From Promethearchaeota archaeon (lineage in GTDB: Archaea > Asgardarchaeota > Lokiarchaeia > Sigyniarchaeales > SOKP01): 64,000 nt of DNA. The stretch spans positions 1 to 64,000 of the forward strand of contig JBHLNF010000007.1 of the NCBI GenBank assembly GCA_048937405.1, read 5' to 3'. Positions 41,801-51,900 of this stretch are shown here, one piece after another. The notes under the pieces were generated by a model. The model made no database searches, was not told the origin of the DNA, and saw nothing but the letters and a program-made list of their open reading frames with translations. The translations under genes and the position numbers were made by a program. Within the stretch, counting starts at the first letter, position 1. Each line of letters begins with the position of its first letter.

Positions 41801-42216
41801 CTTTCTAAAGGGCATCTACAACTCTTGAGCATTATCGGAATCTTTCCAATATAAATATCTAAGGTCTCCTCAGCTTCTTCTCTCTGGGTTCTCTCATCAA
41901 TAGTTATTGGAGTCATTTCCAATGTAATATCTGCAGCATAACTTAATTCTCTAATTCTTGCTTCTATTGGAGTAATCTCCATAGTAGCACCATCAGCTTC
42001 TCTTACTTTTGGTACTCCAACTTTAATTTTTCCAAATTTAATTTTAAATCCTGGAATATCAGGTATTACTTCAGCCGATTCATCTACTATGATTTGCATT
42101 TCATATTCAATAAAGTTATTATAGGAATCTAAGTGCTGACGTACCAAACCTTTCTCATCAAAGAGACTTTTTAAAATAATCCATTTATCTGCATTTGATA
42201 ATTTTTCTGAACTCAA
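38845..42216 (-). CDS. rpo2: RNA polymerase subunit Rpo2 (B), unsplit
   Basis: GGYFIINGTERV, ETPEG, GDKFSSRHGQKG, GGLRFGEMERD, C-terminal Zn ribbon. Confidence 0.99.
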   Translation of the reverse strand: MSSEKLSNADKWIILKSLFDEKGLVRQHLDSYNNFIEYEMQIIVDESAEVIPDIPGFKIKFGKIKVGVPKVREADGATMEITPIEARIRELSYAADITLEMTPITIDERTQREEAEETLDIYIGKIPIMLKSCRCPLESLSEQELINRGEDPLDPGGYFIINGTERVLVTQEDLAPNRILAEEASRSSSATHQAKVFSTRSGFRAPVTIERKKDGNLRVSFPSVPGKIPLAILMRSLGLHSDREIFEAISENDEIQKELIPVIDVASEIQVLKDPEKSQQNALDYIGKRVAIGQTKDYRIRRALQVLDRYLLPHIGNDEEDRIKKAYYLGQMAQKVMELALGLREPDDKDHYANKRLKLAGELFTSLFRVAFLNLVKDIKYQLERTAVRGRAPNIKTAVRADVITERIRHALATGNWVGGKAGVSQLLNRTNHVGTLSHLRRVISPLSRSQPHFEARDLHPTQWGKICPAETPEGPNCGLVKNLGLASIISVGADERIIENILIDLGVIPINEVKNVRGDKVKVFLNGKLVGIHQQYNPFIRQLREKRRKGEIGQHVNIGYYNESKEIQINCDAGRATRPLFVLKNKILLVSKEDIEKLKQKKYIWSDLVQKGVIEYLDAEEEENAYIAMFEEDITEEHTHLEISPAAILGICASIIPFPEHNQSPRNTYEAGMVKQALGLFAANMHLRLDTRGHTLHYPQQPLVKTSPMEIIGINKRPAGQNFIIGMMSFEGYNIEDAIIINKASIERGLARSHFFRTYDAEERKYPGGEVDKFEIPERGVRGFKSAESYRLLSDVDGIIEPETQVNGGDVLIGRTSPPRFIKSYEEFELMQPNRRETSKNMRHNEQGIVDTVIISETVDGNKLVKIKVRDLRIPELGDKFSSRHGQKGVLGLVVDQADMPFTASGVIPDIIVNPHAMPSRMTLGQLFEGISGKIACTTGKLGDATAFEWTDITKLQEQLVEAGFEFNGREVMYNGITGDKYEAGIYCAPIYYQKLYHLVADKLHARARGPVQILTRQPTEGRAREGGLRFGEMERDCLVGHGSALLLKERLLDESDRTVILVCEKCGLLAVYDRNRDKRYCPVCGEGTIISKVVCSYAFKLLLQEMMSLGLAPRLKLKEKI

Positions 42217-42260
42217 AATTCAAAAACCATATTATCTTTTCTTTTTCATAAAAATTAATA

Positions 42261-42518
42261 TTAAGCTTTTTCCTTTTTTACGTAACGGTAATAATCAGCG
42301 GACTTAACAGTTGTATTTGACTCTCGAATTATTTTTACAATATCTCCCTCTTTTGCTCCAATAGCAATTGCCACTGGATCTTTTTCAAACATCTGTGGCA
42401 AGTCATTTACATCAATTTGATATTTTTCTAGAAGATTTTGCGATTCTTCTTTAGTTAAAAGGACATGTTTAGGGACGAATTTATGGAGTAAAACATCTAT
42501 TCGTTTTTTTTTAGTCAA
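42261..42518 (-). CDS. rpo5: RNA polymerase subunit Rpo5 (H)
   Basis: HKFVPKH..L, LPQM...DPV, GDIVKIIR, YRYV. Confidence 0.97.
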   Translation of the reverse strand: MTKKKRIDVLLHKFVPKHVLLTKEESQNLLEKYQIDVNDLPQMFEKDPVAIAIGAKEGDIVKIIRESNTTVKSADYYRYVKKEKA

Positions 42519-42626
42519 GGAAAATTCTACTCTTTTTATGAATTATAGTTAATGAAATGATATCAGTCTAAAAAATTTTTCCATTTTTTCCTCATTTTTC
42601 TCATGATAAACGAGGATTTTGTAGAA

Positions 42627-43262
42627 TTAAGATGAATGAAAACATTTAAAGACCCAATAACCACTTCTCTTGCATAAAATCTCAATGTTTTCATCTGGAA
42701 ATGTATCTTTGAAATAATCTAGAATATATGATGCCCCCATTTTTTTTTTAATTACAAATTGAAAATAACCATTTCTATTTAGATATCTTAAAATCTCACC
42801 TATTAATTTGAGGAATTCTTTTCTTCCTTGTCGCAGTGGAGGATTCATGTAAATACCATCAAATTTCAAATTTTTATTCTTAATTGGTTCAAAATAATTA
42901 CCTGATAAGACGTAGATATTCTTCATTTTATCTTTAAGATTTAATCTAATATTTTCCCTTGCACACCATATTGCTCGCTTATTGATGTCTATTAAATAAA
43001 CAGAACTCTGAGGAGATTCATAACTCAAAACTATTCCTATTGAACCATAACCACAGCCTAAATCAAGTAATGTTCTCGATTCTGTGGGAATATACATATT
43101 TTCTATAAAAACTTTAGTACCTAAATCTAATTTATTAAATGAAAAAACTCCGGTAATTGTTTTAAAAATATAAAGATGTCTCCTTAGACTTTCTGAGATT
43201 GTATGAATTTTTACATTAGCGTCTGGAAATCTACTATAATAATGATTTTCTTTTTTTTCCAT
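42627..43262 (-). CDS. RsmC-like class I SAM methyltransferase
   Basis: GVFS...LD.GT, LDLGCGYG, NPP. Confidence 0.9.
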   Translation of the reverse strand: MEKKENHYYSRFPDANVKIHTISESLRRHLYIFKTITGVFSFNKLDLGTKVFIENMYIPTESRTLLDLGCGYGSIGIVLSYESPQSSVYLIDINKRAIWCARENIRLNLKDKMKNIYVLSGNYFEPIKNKNLKFDGIYMNPPLRQGRKEFLKLIGEILRYLNRNGYFQFVIKKKMGASYILDYFKDTFPDENIEILCKRSGYWVFKCFHSS

Positions 43263-43290
43263 TATATAAATTTTGCTGTATAAAATTTAA

Positions 43291-44295
43291 CTATTTTTTA
43301 TCATTCCAACGAGGGTAAGTTCCTCTCTCCATAAAAACTTTATTAGACTTTACAAGAATTCCAGATTTTGCTTTATAGATTTGAAGCGCATCCTTTAAGG
43401 TCAAGCCAAAACCTATTAATTCTTTTTTTAAAGTCATAAAGGCTACGAGCATATTTGGTTTTATTCTAGCATCAATATAGCATATACCTGCTGAAGCTAG
43501 ATCTGCTCCATGGCATAATGCATCTACTGCTGTGTCTCTAACATAGATCTTAGGTAGATGTGATACCATTTTTTCCATTGGAAAAATAAATTTTCTCAAA
43601 TAATAATTATTCCCCTCCAATTGATAAATTGTATAAGCGTCTTTTAAATTTTGCAGGGTAATTAGATTATTATTTTCAATAAAATCCCCCACTCTTGTTC
43701 TTCTTAGTTCAAGCATATGAGCTCCAGAACAAAGAGCTTCCCCTATGTCAAAGCATAATTTCCTTATATATGTTCCTGCTTCGCATCCAACTCGAAATAA
43801 TACATGGTTATTATCAACATCAATAACTTGGCAATAATAAATTTCTCTTATTCTCAATTTTCGAACTACTGATGACTTTATGGGAGGTCTTTGATATATC
43901 TTTCCAGTAAATAATTTGAAAATTTTTTCTATTCTTTTTCTTTTTTCAGGAGAGTGGAGATACATTACTCCTACATATTCTTTACCGGCATTTAATAATG
44001 CTGATAATACTCTCGTTGCCTTACCAAGAGCACAAGGTAACACACCAGTAACTTTTGGATCAAGAGTTCCTCCATGACCTGCATTTGAAATTCCCAAAAT
44101 TTTACGAACCCATGATACTACCTCGTGACTAGTTGGTCCACTTGGTTTATCAAGATTTAATACCCCATATTGGAGGAGTGTTTCAATACTTCTATTTTCA
44201 GGTTCACATCCATAATTTGGATCAGAATTATCTTCTGATTTAATCAATAATTGTTCTGGTTCGTCAGAAGGTAGTTTAAATTCTAATTTTTCCAT
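43291..44295 (-). CDS. cbf5: H/ACA pseudouridine synthase Cbf5
   Basis: LDKPSGPTSHEV, GHGGTLDPKVTG, GTYIRKL, PUA domain. Confidence 0.97.
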   Translation of the reverse strand: MEKLEFKLPSDEPEQLLIKSEDNSDPNYGCEPENRSIETLLQYGVLNLDKPSGPTSHEVVSWVRKILGISNAGHGGTLDPKVTGVLPCALGKATRVLSALLNAGKEYVGVMYLHSPEKRKRIEKIFKLFTGKIYQRPPIKSSVVRKLRIREIYYCQVIDVDNNHVLFRVGCEAGTYIRKLCFDIGEALCSGAHMLELRRTRVGDFIENNNLITLQNLKDAYTIYQLEGNNYYLRKFIFPMEKMVSHLPKIYVRDTAVDALCHGADLASAGICYIDARIKPNMLVAFMTLKKELIGFGLTLKDALQIYKAKSGILVKSNKVFMERGTYPRWNDKK

Positions 44296-44428
44296 ACTAT
44301 TGAGAAGTGAAGGGAATATTTAATTAATAATAAAAAAAGAGATCTCATAAATCTTTCCTAATTTAGAATGCTAAGGTTTTTCCCGTTAATAAATTAGAAA
44401 TTAGAAAAATTTAATACCAACTTAAATA

Positions 44429-45262
44429 TCACTCTATAGGAAAAAAATCGGGTAAATCTCCTGGTACTTTCAAATTCCATTTAGGTCTTCTTTTTTGAAG
44501 AAAAGACATTATTCCTTCTCGTGCATCTGATTGTTTACCTGTCCAGCGTGAATATCTATGATTTATACTCTCCACCTTATCTATATCTGTCTCGGTAAGG
44601 AATTGATAAAGCATTCTCTTTGTAAGAGATGTACTCACAGGCGCACTTAATAATATCTCATCAGCTATTTCTCGGGCGGTATCCATTAATTTATCATCAG
44701 GTACTACTCGACTAACAAGGCCGTACTCTAAAGATTCTTGAGCATTTAAGATTCTCCCAGTATACATTAATTCAGCAGCACGACTAATTCCAATTATACG
44801 AGGTAAAATCCAGGGACATGAAATCTCAGGTAAATAACCACGTCGATTGAATACAATTCCTATACGTGCACTCTCGGAAGCGATTCGTATATCAAAAGGT
44901 AAAATAAATGTGACACCAATCCCAACAGTAGGACCATTAATTGCAACTATTACAGGCTTCATCAACAAAAAGTACCGTCCAGTCATACTTCCTTCACGTC
45001 TGGCCCTTTCATCTCTCTCACGTGGCCTATTTGAACCATCAAGTGCCGTAGCACCACTCGATAAATCAGCACCAGCGCAAAATCCTCTTCCTGCACCAGT
45101 TAATATTGTAACCCGTAAATTAGGATCGTTTTCAACTTTCATAAGTGCATCCCAAACCTCCATCCCCATTTGCCAAGTATAAGCGTTCAAATGTTCTGGT
45201 CTGTTTAAAGTGATTGTTGCAACCTCATCCGAGGCTTCAAAAATTATTTGTTCATATTCCAT
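44429..45262 (-). CDS. Enoyl-CoA hydratase/isomerase family protein
   Basis: ITLNRP..LNA, FCAGADL, KPVIVAING, DIRIAS. Confidence 0.93.
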   Translation of the reverse strand: MEYEQIIFEASDEVATITLNRPEHLNAYTWQMGMEVWDALMKVENDPNLRVTILTGAGRGFCAGADLSSGATALDGSNRPRERDERARREGSMTGRYFLLMKPVIVAINGPTVGIGVTFILPFDIRIASESARIGIVFNRRGYLPEISCPWILPRIIGISRAAELMYTGRILNAQESLEYGLVSRVVPDDKLMDTAREIADEILLSAPVSTSLTKRMLYQFLTETDIDKVESINHRYSRWTGKQSDAREGIMSFLQKRRPKWNLKVPGDLPDFFPIE

Positions 45263-45855
45263 GTTTATAAAAACCTCCTTTTTATCTTTATTTTTTTTAA
45301 CTAACTGGTTTTATTTCCCAAAATATTTAAAGTTTTAATTCTCATATTGCCTACCTTTTTAAAATAAATGAAATAAAAAATCTGTGGTAATTATTGTACT
45401 AACATTCCTTTAGATTATGTTTATTTATATATTATAAATCTTAGATATATCTCCTCTTTTTATCCATAAAAATAAATAATTCCAAAAAAAGCGATAGCAA
45501 TGATACAATTGTAATATCATGAAACCAAATATATATCTCGAAAGTAATTCATTTAATATTGAATGATATATAATGACTCTCCCCTTTTTTTTCATTTATC
45601 TACTTAATGGAAAGGATTTCTTTACCTTTATTTTAGATAATAGTTTTTTACCTTTAACAATGAAAAGGTAAAAAATTAGTTTCCTCTCTGCAGAGAATCA
45701 ATAGATCAGCATTATTAAACCAAAAACCTTAGATCATATTCTCAAATATTATTAACTAATATTTTAAAATTCAGGAAATCTTTAGAAGGAGGATTTTGGG
45801 ATTTGATGAAATTTGAAGGACAAAATAAGTATAGATAACGTATTTATCTGAATAA

Positions 45856-45959
45856 CGGGCTATAGGGGAATTGAACCCCTGACCTTTCTTTTTAAGGGAG
45901 AATTTCCCATAAATGTCAGGTTAAAAGCCTGCTGCGCTACCTGCCTGCGCCAATAGCCC
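45856..45959 (-). tRNA. tRNA-Lys(TTT) with 30-nt intron near position 44/45
   Basis: Acceptor GGGCTAT/ATAGCCC, anticodon loop CTTTTAA, T arm AGGGG-TTCAATT-CCCCT; extra hairpin 45885-45914. Confidence 0.9.
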
Positions 45960-46084
45960 ATAAAGAATTTAATTTATAATTAGGTGTGAATTGTATAAGA
46001 ATAAATCCATTATAATATAAAAATTTTATTTAAATGAGATTCTTTCCCTTAAATTTTAAATAATACATGGAAATATAGTAAAAT

Positions 46085-47110
46085 TTAACCCTTTTCAATA
46101 AAATGTTCGAATCCATAACTCTTAATTTCTTTTTTCTCCCCCTCTTTAACAATAAAGATCCTTTCTTCGGAAATAATCTTTCCAATTCTAAAAAGATTCC
46201 CATTTTTTGATAGAATTTCACTTTGAGCTGTGGAATAATCTTTGGGATCAAGAGTAAATAAATGAATAAATTCTTCACCACCATTAAAAACTAACTCTTC
46301 TAAAGAAACATTGAATTCATTAGAGTATTGAATTGCTTCTTTATCTATCAAATTAGCCCCAAAATCTATGTCAAATCCTACTTTTTGATTTGAAAGCATC
46401 AAATCCTGTAATGATTTTGATAAACCATCAGAGGAATCTATACTAGATGTTGCTAAATTTCTCTTAGATAATATAAAAGCTTCTATTCCAGAGAGTTCAG
46501 GCTCTAAAATACTCATAATAGATCTCTTATATTTTGGAAAACTATGTAGATCTCCCTTTTTATTTAAAATGATATCGAATCCTACTCCTGTTAAACCAAA
46601 TTTATTATTTGCAACTAAAATATCTCCTACTTTTATTCCTTTCCTGTAAGTAATAGATGAAGGTTTTTTAAAACCAAATACAGTTGGATTTATTATCAAT
46701 TCTTTTGTTTCATTAAGATCTCCACCAATATAATCCATATCATATTTCATTCCATAATCTATAACACCATTTAAGATATCAACAAACTCTTCTTTTTTAA
46801 GTTCTTTTGGTAAACCAAATGAAATTATCATAGCTTTAGGTTTTACACCTTTAACTAATAAATCACTAACATTCATTAAAACCGATTTTCTGCCAATTTG
46901 ATAAGGATTCATTAGAAATGGCACATCTGTAGTAGAAACTAGCATATCGGAATTTAAGACTAAATTCCCTTCAGATTTTATATTTTTGAATTCAAAGAAG
47001 GAAGAATCATCCTTCAATAATTCTCTTCCAGTTTTTTTTAAAACTAAATCCTCTATTAATGTTATTAACTTTTTTTCCCCAAGATTTCCAATCTGAAGAT
47101 TATTATTCAT
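46085..47110 (-). CDS. thiL: Thiamine-monophosphate kinase
   Basis: DD, DMLV..TD, NVSDL...G, IGGD, DSSDGL, GGEEF. Confidence 0.93.
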   Translation of the reverse strand: MNNNLQIGNLGEKKLITLIEDLVLKKTGRELLKDDSSFFEFKNIKSEGNLVLNSDMLVSTTDVPFLMNPYQIGRKSVLMNVSDLLVKGVKPKAMIISFGLPKELKKEEFVDILNGVIDYGMKYDMDYIGGDLNETKELIINPTVFGFKKPSSITYRKGIKVGDILVANNKFGLTGVGFDIILNKKGDLHSFPKYKRSIMSILEPELSGIEAFILSKRNLATSSIDSSDGLSKSLQDLMLSNQKVGFDIDFGANLIDKEAIQYSNEFNVSLEELVFNGGEEFIHLFTLDPKDYSTAQSEILSKNGNLFRIGKIISEERIFIVKEGEKKEIKSYGFEHFIEKG

Positions 47111-47178
47111 TAGATAAAATTTAAAATTTTATTATTATTATGAATTTTGAATAGTATCGCCCTATTAAAAATTTCTCT

Positions 47179-47279
47179 GCCTCTGTGGCTTAGTGGTATA
47201 GCAACATTCTACATCATCATGATGAAAATGCTAAAGATTCGTAATCTGTAGATCGGGGGTTCGATTCCCCCCAGAGGCT
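47179..47279 (+). tRNA. tRNA-Thr(CGT) with 29-nt intron at 28/29
   Basis: Removing 47206-47234 restores ACAGA-TTCGTAA-TCTGT; BHB AGCA-ACA / TGCT-AAA. Confidence 0.93.
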
Positions 47280-47283
47280 TAAA

Positions 47284-48297
47284 CTATACTTCCTCTGTAA
47301 AAACAAATCTTTTTATCATTTGTAGTGCTAGCATTCTAAACGCGTCGTTTATATTTGTCCCTGTTTTTGCAGATGTTTCAATAAAAGAAAGATTTAATTT
47401 TTGCGCGAGAGCTTCTCCTTCTTCAGTTGAAATAACCCGGTTATTTTCCAAATCGATTTTATTTCCAACAAGAATTAGTGATATTTGGGGTGAAACGCTT
47501 TTAATCTCTTTAAACCAATCTTCTAGACTTTCCAAGGTTTCTTTGCGGGTAACATCATATACTAATATTCCCGCTTCCGCATTTGAGAGATATGTTTGCC
47601 TGACCCGTTTGAACTGTGCTTGGCCTGCTAAATCCCAAATTACAAAACGAACTTTTGATCCTAATCCTTGAAAATCACATTCTTTTTTCATTATAGACGT
47701 TCCAATTGTAGATTTGTAATCAGATTGAAATGAATCTTCAACAAAACGATGAACCATGCTCGTTTTACCTACTCCTCCCTCACCACCAAGGATAAGTTTA
47801 AATGCATATTCTCCTGATTGTACCTTTATTTTTTGAAGTTTGTCTACTTTCCTTTCAATATTCTTGGTTTCTTTTTCCGAAACTAATTTAGGAATTACAG
47901 GACTTACAGTTCTCCCATCAAATATTCTCGCAATTTTTTCAGCAGCTAGATAAGCATAAGGAAAAACAGGATCTACCATTGCAACTGAAGTTAAGACTGT
48001 TACAAAAATAGCTTCAGGTCCAGCTTCACAGAATATGAATCTCTGCTCTTCAGTATCGAAGGTTCCTGTTCCAAAAGAACCTGAACTAAATTCTTCTGTG
48101 ATTCTAGTTAAAACAGGTTCTACCAATGCACTAACACCTCCAATAACATCTTCCTCTACCTCAGTATCCGAAATTCCTTTTAAAGCACTCATTACTAAAC
48201 CTTCTCTATTAACTATAAGAGCAGCTATTAAATTTTCACCTATCTCTTGCTTATACCATTTTAATAAAGCTTCAAGTTTTTTCCTATCAACTGACAT
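47284..48297 (-). CDS. Roadblock/LC7 - Rab-like GTPase fusion
   Basis: N-terminal ALIVNREGLVMS roadblock pattern; GEGGVGKT, WDLAGQ, GNKID, ETSAK. Confidence 0.9.
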   Translation of the reverse strand: MSVDRKKLEALLKWYKQEIGENLIAALIVNREGLVMSALKGISDTEVEEDVIGGVSALVEPVLTRITEEFSSGSFGTGTFDTEEQRFIFCEAGPEAIFVTVLTSVAMVDPVFPYAYLAAEKIARIFDGRTVSPVIPKLVSEKETKNIERKVDKLQKIKVQSGEYAFKLILGGEGGVGKTSMVHRFVEDSFQSDYKSTIGTSIMKKECDFQGLGSKVRFVIWDLAGQAQFKRVRQTYLSNAEAGILVYDVTRKETLESLEDWFKEIKSVSPQISLILVGNKIDLENNRVISTEEGEALAQKLNLSFIETSAKTGTNINDAFRMLALQMIKRFVFTEEV

Positions 48298-48566
48298 GGA
48301 TTCAATAACATTTGTTATTTCTTTGCAACTCTAATATAAAATATACTAAATATATTTTTATATAGTAGGTTTGTTATTAAAATTTATAGAAAAAGATAGA
48401 TCTTAAGAAAACACGAATTAAAAATTCAAATTTAAAAAGATAAGATAGCTTTAGTTAAGAAATTAAGGATTTAAATGATAGTAAAATTTTAAAATATTAA
48501 AAATTTCTATTTATCAATTAAACTCTCTAAAATAATCATTATAAGAGGGAAATATTTAAGGAACAA

Positions 48567-48773
48567 GCAGGGGTAGCCAAGATTCTAGAATAAATCATCT
48601 AGAACTTTACTAGATTACCTCTAGTAGACTAGAATGGAAATTTGGTCTACGGTGCTAGAATATACCGTGATTGTACGTTTATGGTGAAACTGAGGCTCTA
48701 GTGACATAGGTCTTCGTGGGTTCGAAAATCGACGTAGGTTATACGAATTCGATAGAAAATCCCACCTCCTGCA
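48567..48773 (+). tRNA. tRNA-Leu(GAG) with introns at 15/16 (containing a nested intron), 30/31 and 59/60
   Basis: Acceptor GCAGGGG/CTCCTGC; removing 48582-48640, 48659-48688 and 48727-48759 gives a canonical Leu tRNA with CTAGA-CTGAGGC-TCTAG and T loop TTCGAAT. Confidence 0.9.
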
Positions 48774-48951
48774 CCTAAAAATACATTAACAATTTATTAA
48801 AAGGAAATAAATAGATTTGCATTCAATTCTGGATTCAAAATATATCTTTTTATTAATAGATACCCTTGATTGATGCTTAACAAAAAATATAAATGGGTTA
48901 CTAAAAATTAACTGGTACTTTTTAGGATCATAAGAATAGTGTAAGGAATTT

Positions 48952-51900
48952 TTAAAAAAAATCAGAAAGCTTATGCTGCTTTAATTTTGGATTATTCGTC
49001 AAACTTTCTACGTATTCCTCTATTAATACCATTCTTTGTTTTGTATAATCATCTAAATTAAAATTATCGCATAAATCCAATGCACGAGGTATATATTTTT
49101 CAATCCCTCCACGATTCACTGTTAAAATAACCCGATTTCCACATTTAGGACATTTTCCACCGTTGGATAATGGAGGGCGCCTAAATTTTTCATTACATTT
49201 AACACATCGAAATCCTTGAACTGAAAATTTTCTTAAATTTCCCAGAATATCAGGATTAAAATGGGTGGTTAATATCTTTTCAGCAACCTTTTTTGCATTA
49301 ACAGCTTTTATAATTCTGGCTAGGTGAATTTGGGCATCAATTTTATCATCCATAGTTTCATATAATTTATACGCAGATGTTATTGGCCCTTCATTAATAT
49401 TATCAGTTGGAATATTAAATCCAATATTTTCATATTGATTTGGTGTTCCTAAATGACTTTTAACAAGTTCCATTATATTTTCAATTTCAGAAGGAGAACA
49501 ATATCTTTCTGTAGCTTTATAAAACTCTAATGGATATTTCTGCAATGTATCAATATTGTGAGCTTCGATATCAATCTCATTAGGGTCAATTTTAGTGCCA
49601 ATTACCAAAGTTGCATCCATCCTCCCCCCAATTTTACTTGGAAGATAATGTCTAGAAAAATTCAACAGGGGATCTAAGAGTAGCATTACGCCATCTTCAT
49701 CCCCATCACAGTTTCTTCTCTTTGCAGCATGCCAAAAAGGATGGGCATATATAGATCTAGCAGGAGTAAAACCTATTATTCTACCCACTATTCCTGCACT
49801 AGTATGAGGCGCTAACCCTACAACTAAATGTCCTATTAAATCATTTCTATCTGATACATTATAAAAAGGTTTCATATGATAGAATAATTCTAATTCATCA
49901 TCCAGAAACTTAGCTATTTTAATAAAATATTCTGCACAATCATCGGAGAGAATAATATCTTGTACTTTTAACTCTAGAATCTGATTATCATCCTTAAGGA
50001 GATTCCCTTTAATATCTTTATCATACCCTAATGTCTTTATTGTATTTATAGATGTTCCAATTTCTTTTGGTTTAAAATGGGTTAATGGTATATCAGTAGC
50101 ATCATATCTTATTTCTGCAGTTTTATAGACTAATACTTCATTTTTTGCTCTTAAAATACCTTTCTCAATTGGTTCAGGAACTTTATACTCATTCGTTAAT
50201 CCAATAATTCCTTTTAATCTATCAGGTAATTGTACATTAAGATTTTCCAAAACTTGATTAATTTGTTCTTTTATATTAAATTTTGCCTCATTAGAAGTTT
50301 TAAGAATACTATTACATTTTTGGCAATAGGTTTCATACGTAGGGTATAGAATTTTACATTGTGAACAAATTTTTTGCAGCTCAGTATGAGTTCCACAACT
50401 AGGGCAAATATTAAAAATAGTTGATTTTCCACAATTTGGGCATTTTTTTCTGCATACTTCAATTCTAATTTTCCCTGATTTTACCACATTTTCTTTATTT
50501 CCAATATTAAATGATTTCCCTTTTTTAGATTCTAATTCAATTTCATTTTCCTTTTTACCATTATATTCCATTGCTTTTTCAAATAATCTTGTACTCCCAA
50601 CAGCATTACTTAAAGGAAAAAGTGCATGAATTCCTTTCATACTTTTCTTCTCTGATTTTTCAGGACGTCCCATTCTTGAACCCATAAAATAAGGGGCTTT
50701 ATTTTTAATTTTGAATGATGAAACCAGATAAAAATAGTTAAATACATCATCAACATTTTCTATTTTCTTAGCATCCTTATCTTTTAAATTAAAAATAGTT
50801 TTATATATAAGATTCATACTTTTACTAAAAGTAATTTTGTTTTCTTTTATTTTATGGGGAATAAATGCTTTTTCAAGAATTTTTTTAATTGGTTCCTCAT
50901 TTTCTAAGATAATTAGTTGTTCTAATTCAGAAAAACTCTTAATAAATGCTTTTCGTAGTGTTACTAACTCTGCTACTGTTAGATTCCCCCAAAAATCTAA
51001 ATAATAAGGATGGAGGGGAATATCATATTTTTTTGAAATTTTAATGGTTTCTTGGGCCGTAGGAATGTTTTTAAAAGGATTTTTTATCAATTTTTTAAGC
51101 TTTTCGTCAATAATCTCCTCCTTATTAAGAGAATTCTCCAATTCTAATGCCCACCATTCTTCTACATATCCAGAAGGGATTAATATATGATTATTTTCAG
51201 TAAATTCTCCATAACTAAATAGCAAATCGCCTAAGAATAATATTTCCTCAACTTCTTGGAAAACGGCTTTAGCTTTTTTAACACTTAAGATTTTTATTAC
51301 ATTACCATTTTTTAGTTTTATAATTGGACCCGCAATATAATTTACTGGACATATACTTGTGCTTTTCCCAGGACGTTCAATTCTCAATTGTGTACCAATT
51401 GCAACGAATTCATCTAATAAAGCCATTGTTGCAGGATGCATTCCTCCTGCAGCTAAACCTGTATCTCTAGATCGACCATATCTTATCCTATGCCCTCCGA
51501 TTTCAGACGGGTTACTAAACACTGGTCGTCCGGCGATAATATCTGCAATATATTTAGAATTAGGAGCGATTTTAATTTCTTTTTGCTTATTTACTTGTTT
51601 TTTTTCCTTTTTGGTTTCTTGGTTTTGAGCTATTTTTTTTAAATCAGCTAACCAATCCCAGCCTTCTAAGTTCATGCTATTAGCTATCTTAAGCAATTTT
51701 GGTGCCTTAAGTAAAATACCATCATTTAAAACTAAGCAAGCACCGCCTCGTATTTTATTTGTTTCAATCCTAGGTAAATCTCTAAAAGCTGAAACTTCTT
51801 CGTCCTCAGTTGAATCACCATTTATTTCTACAGGTAACTTACTGACAGCATATCGAATTTCTTTAGTAGATGAAGGGTATTGCAAATGCACTCTTCTATC

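Noticed and set aside
44296-45855. tRNA-Lys-anchored genomic island
   Set aside because: No duplicated tRNA 3' end and no integrase found.
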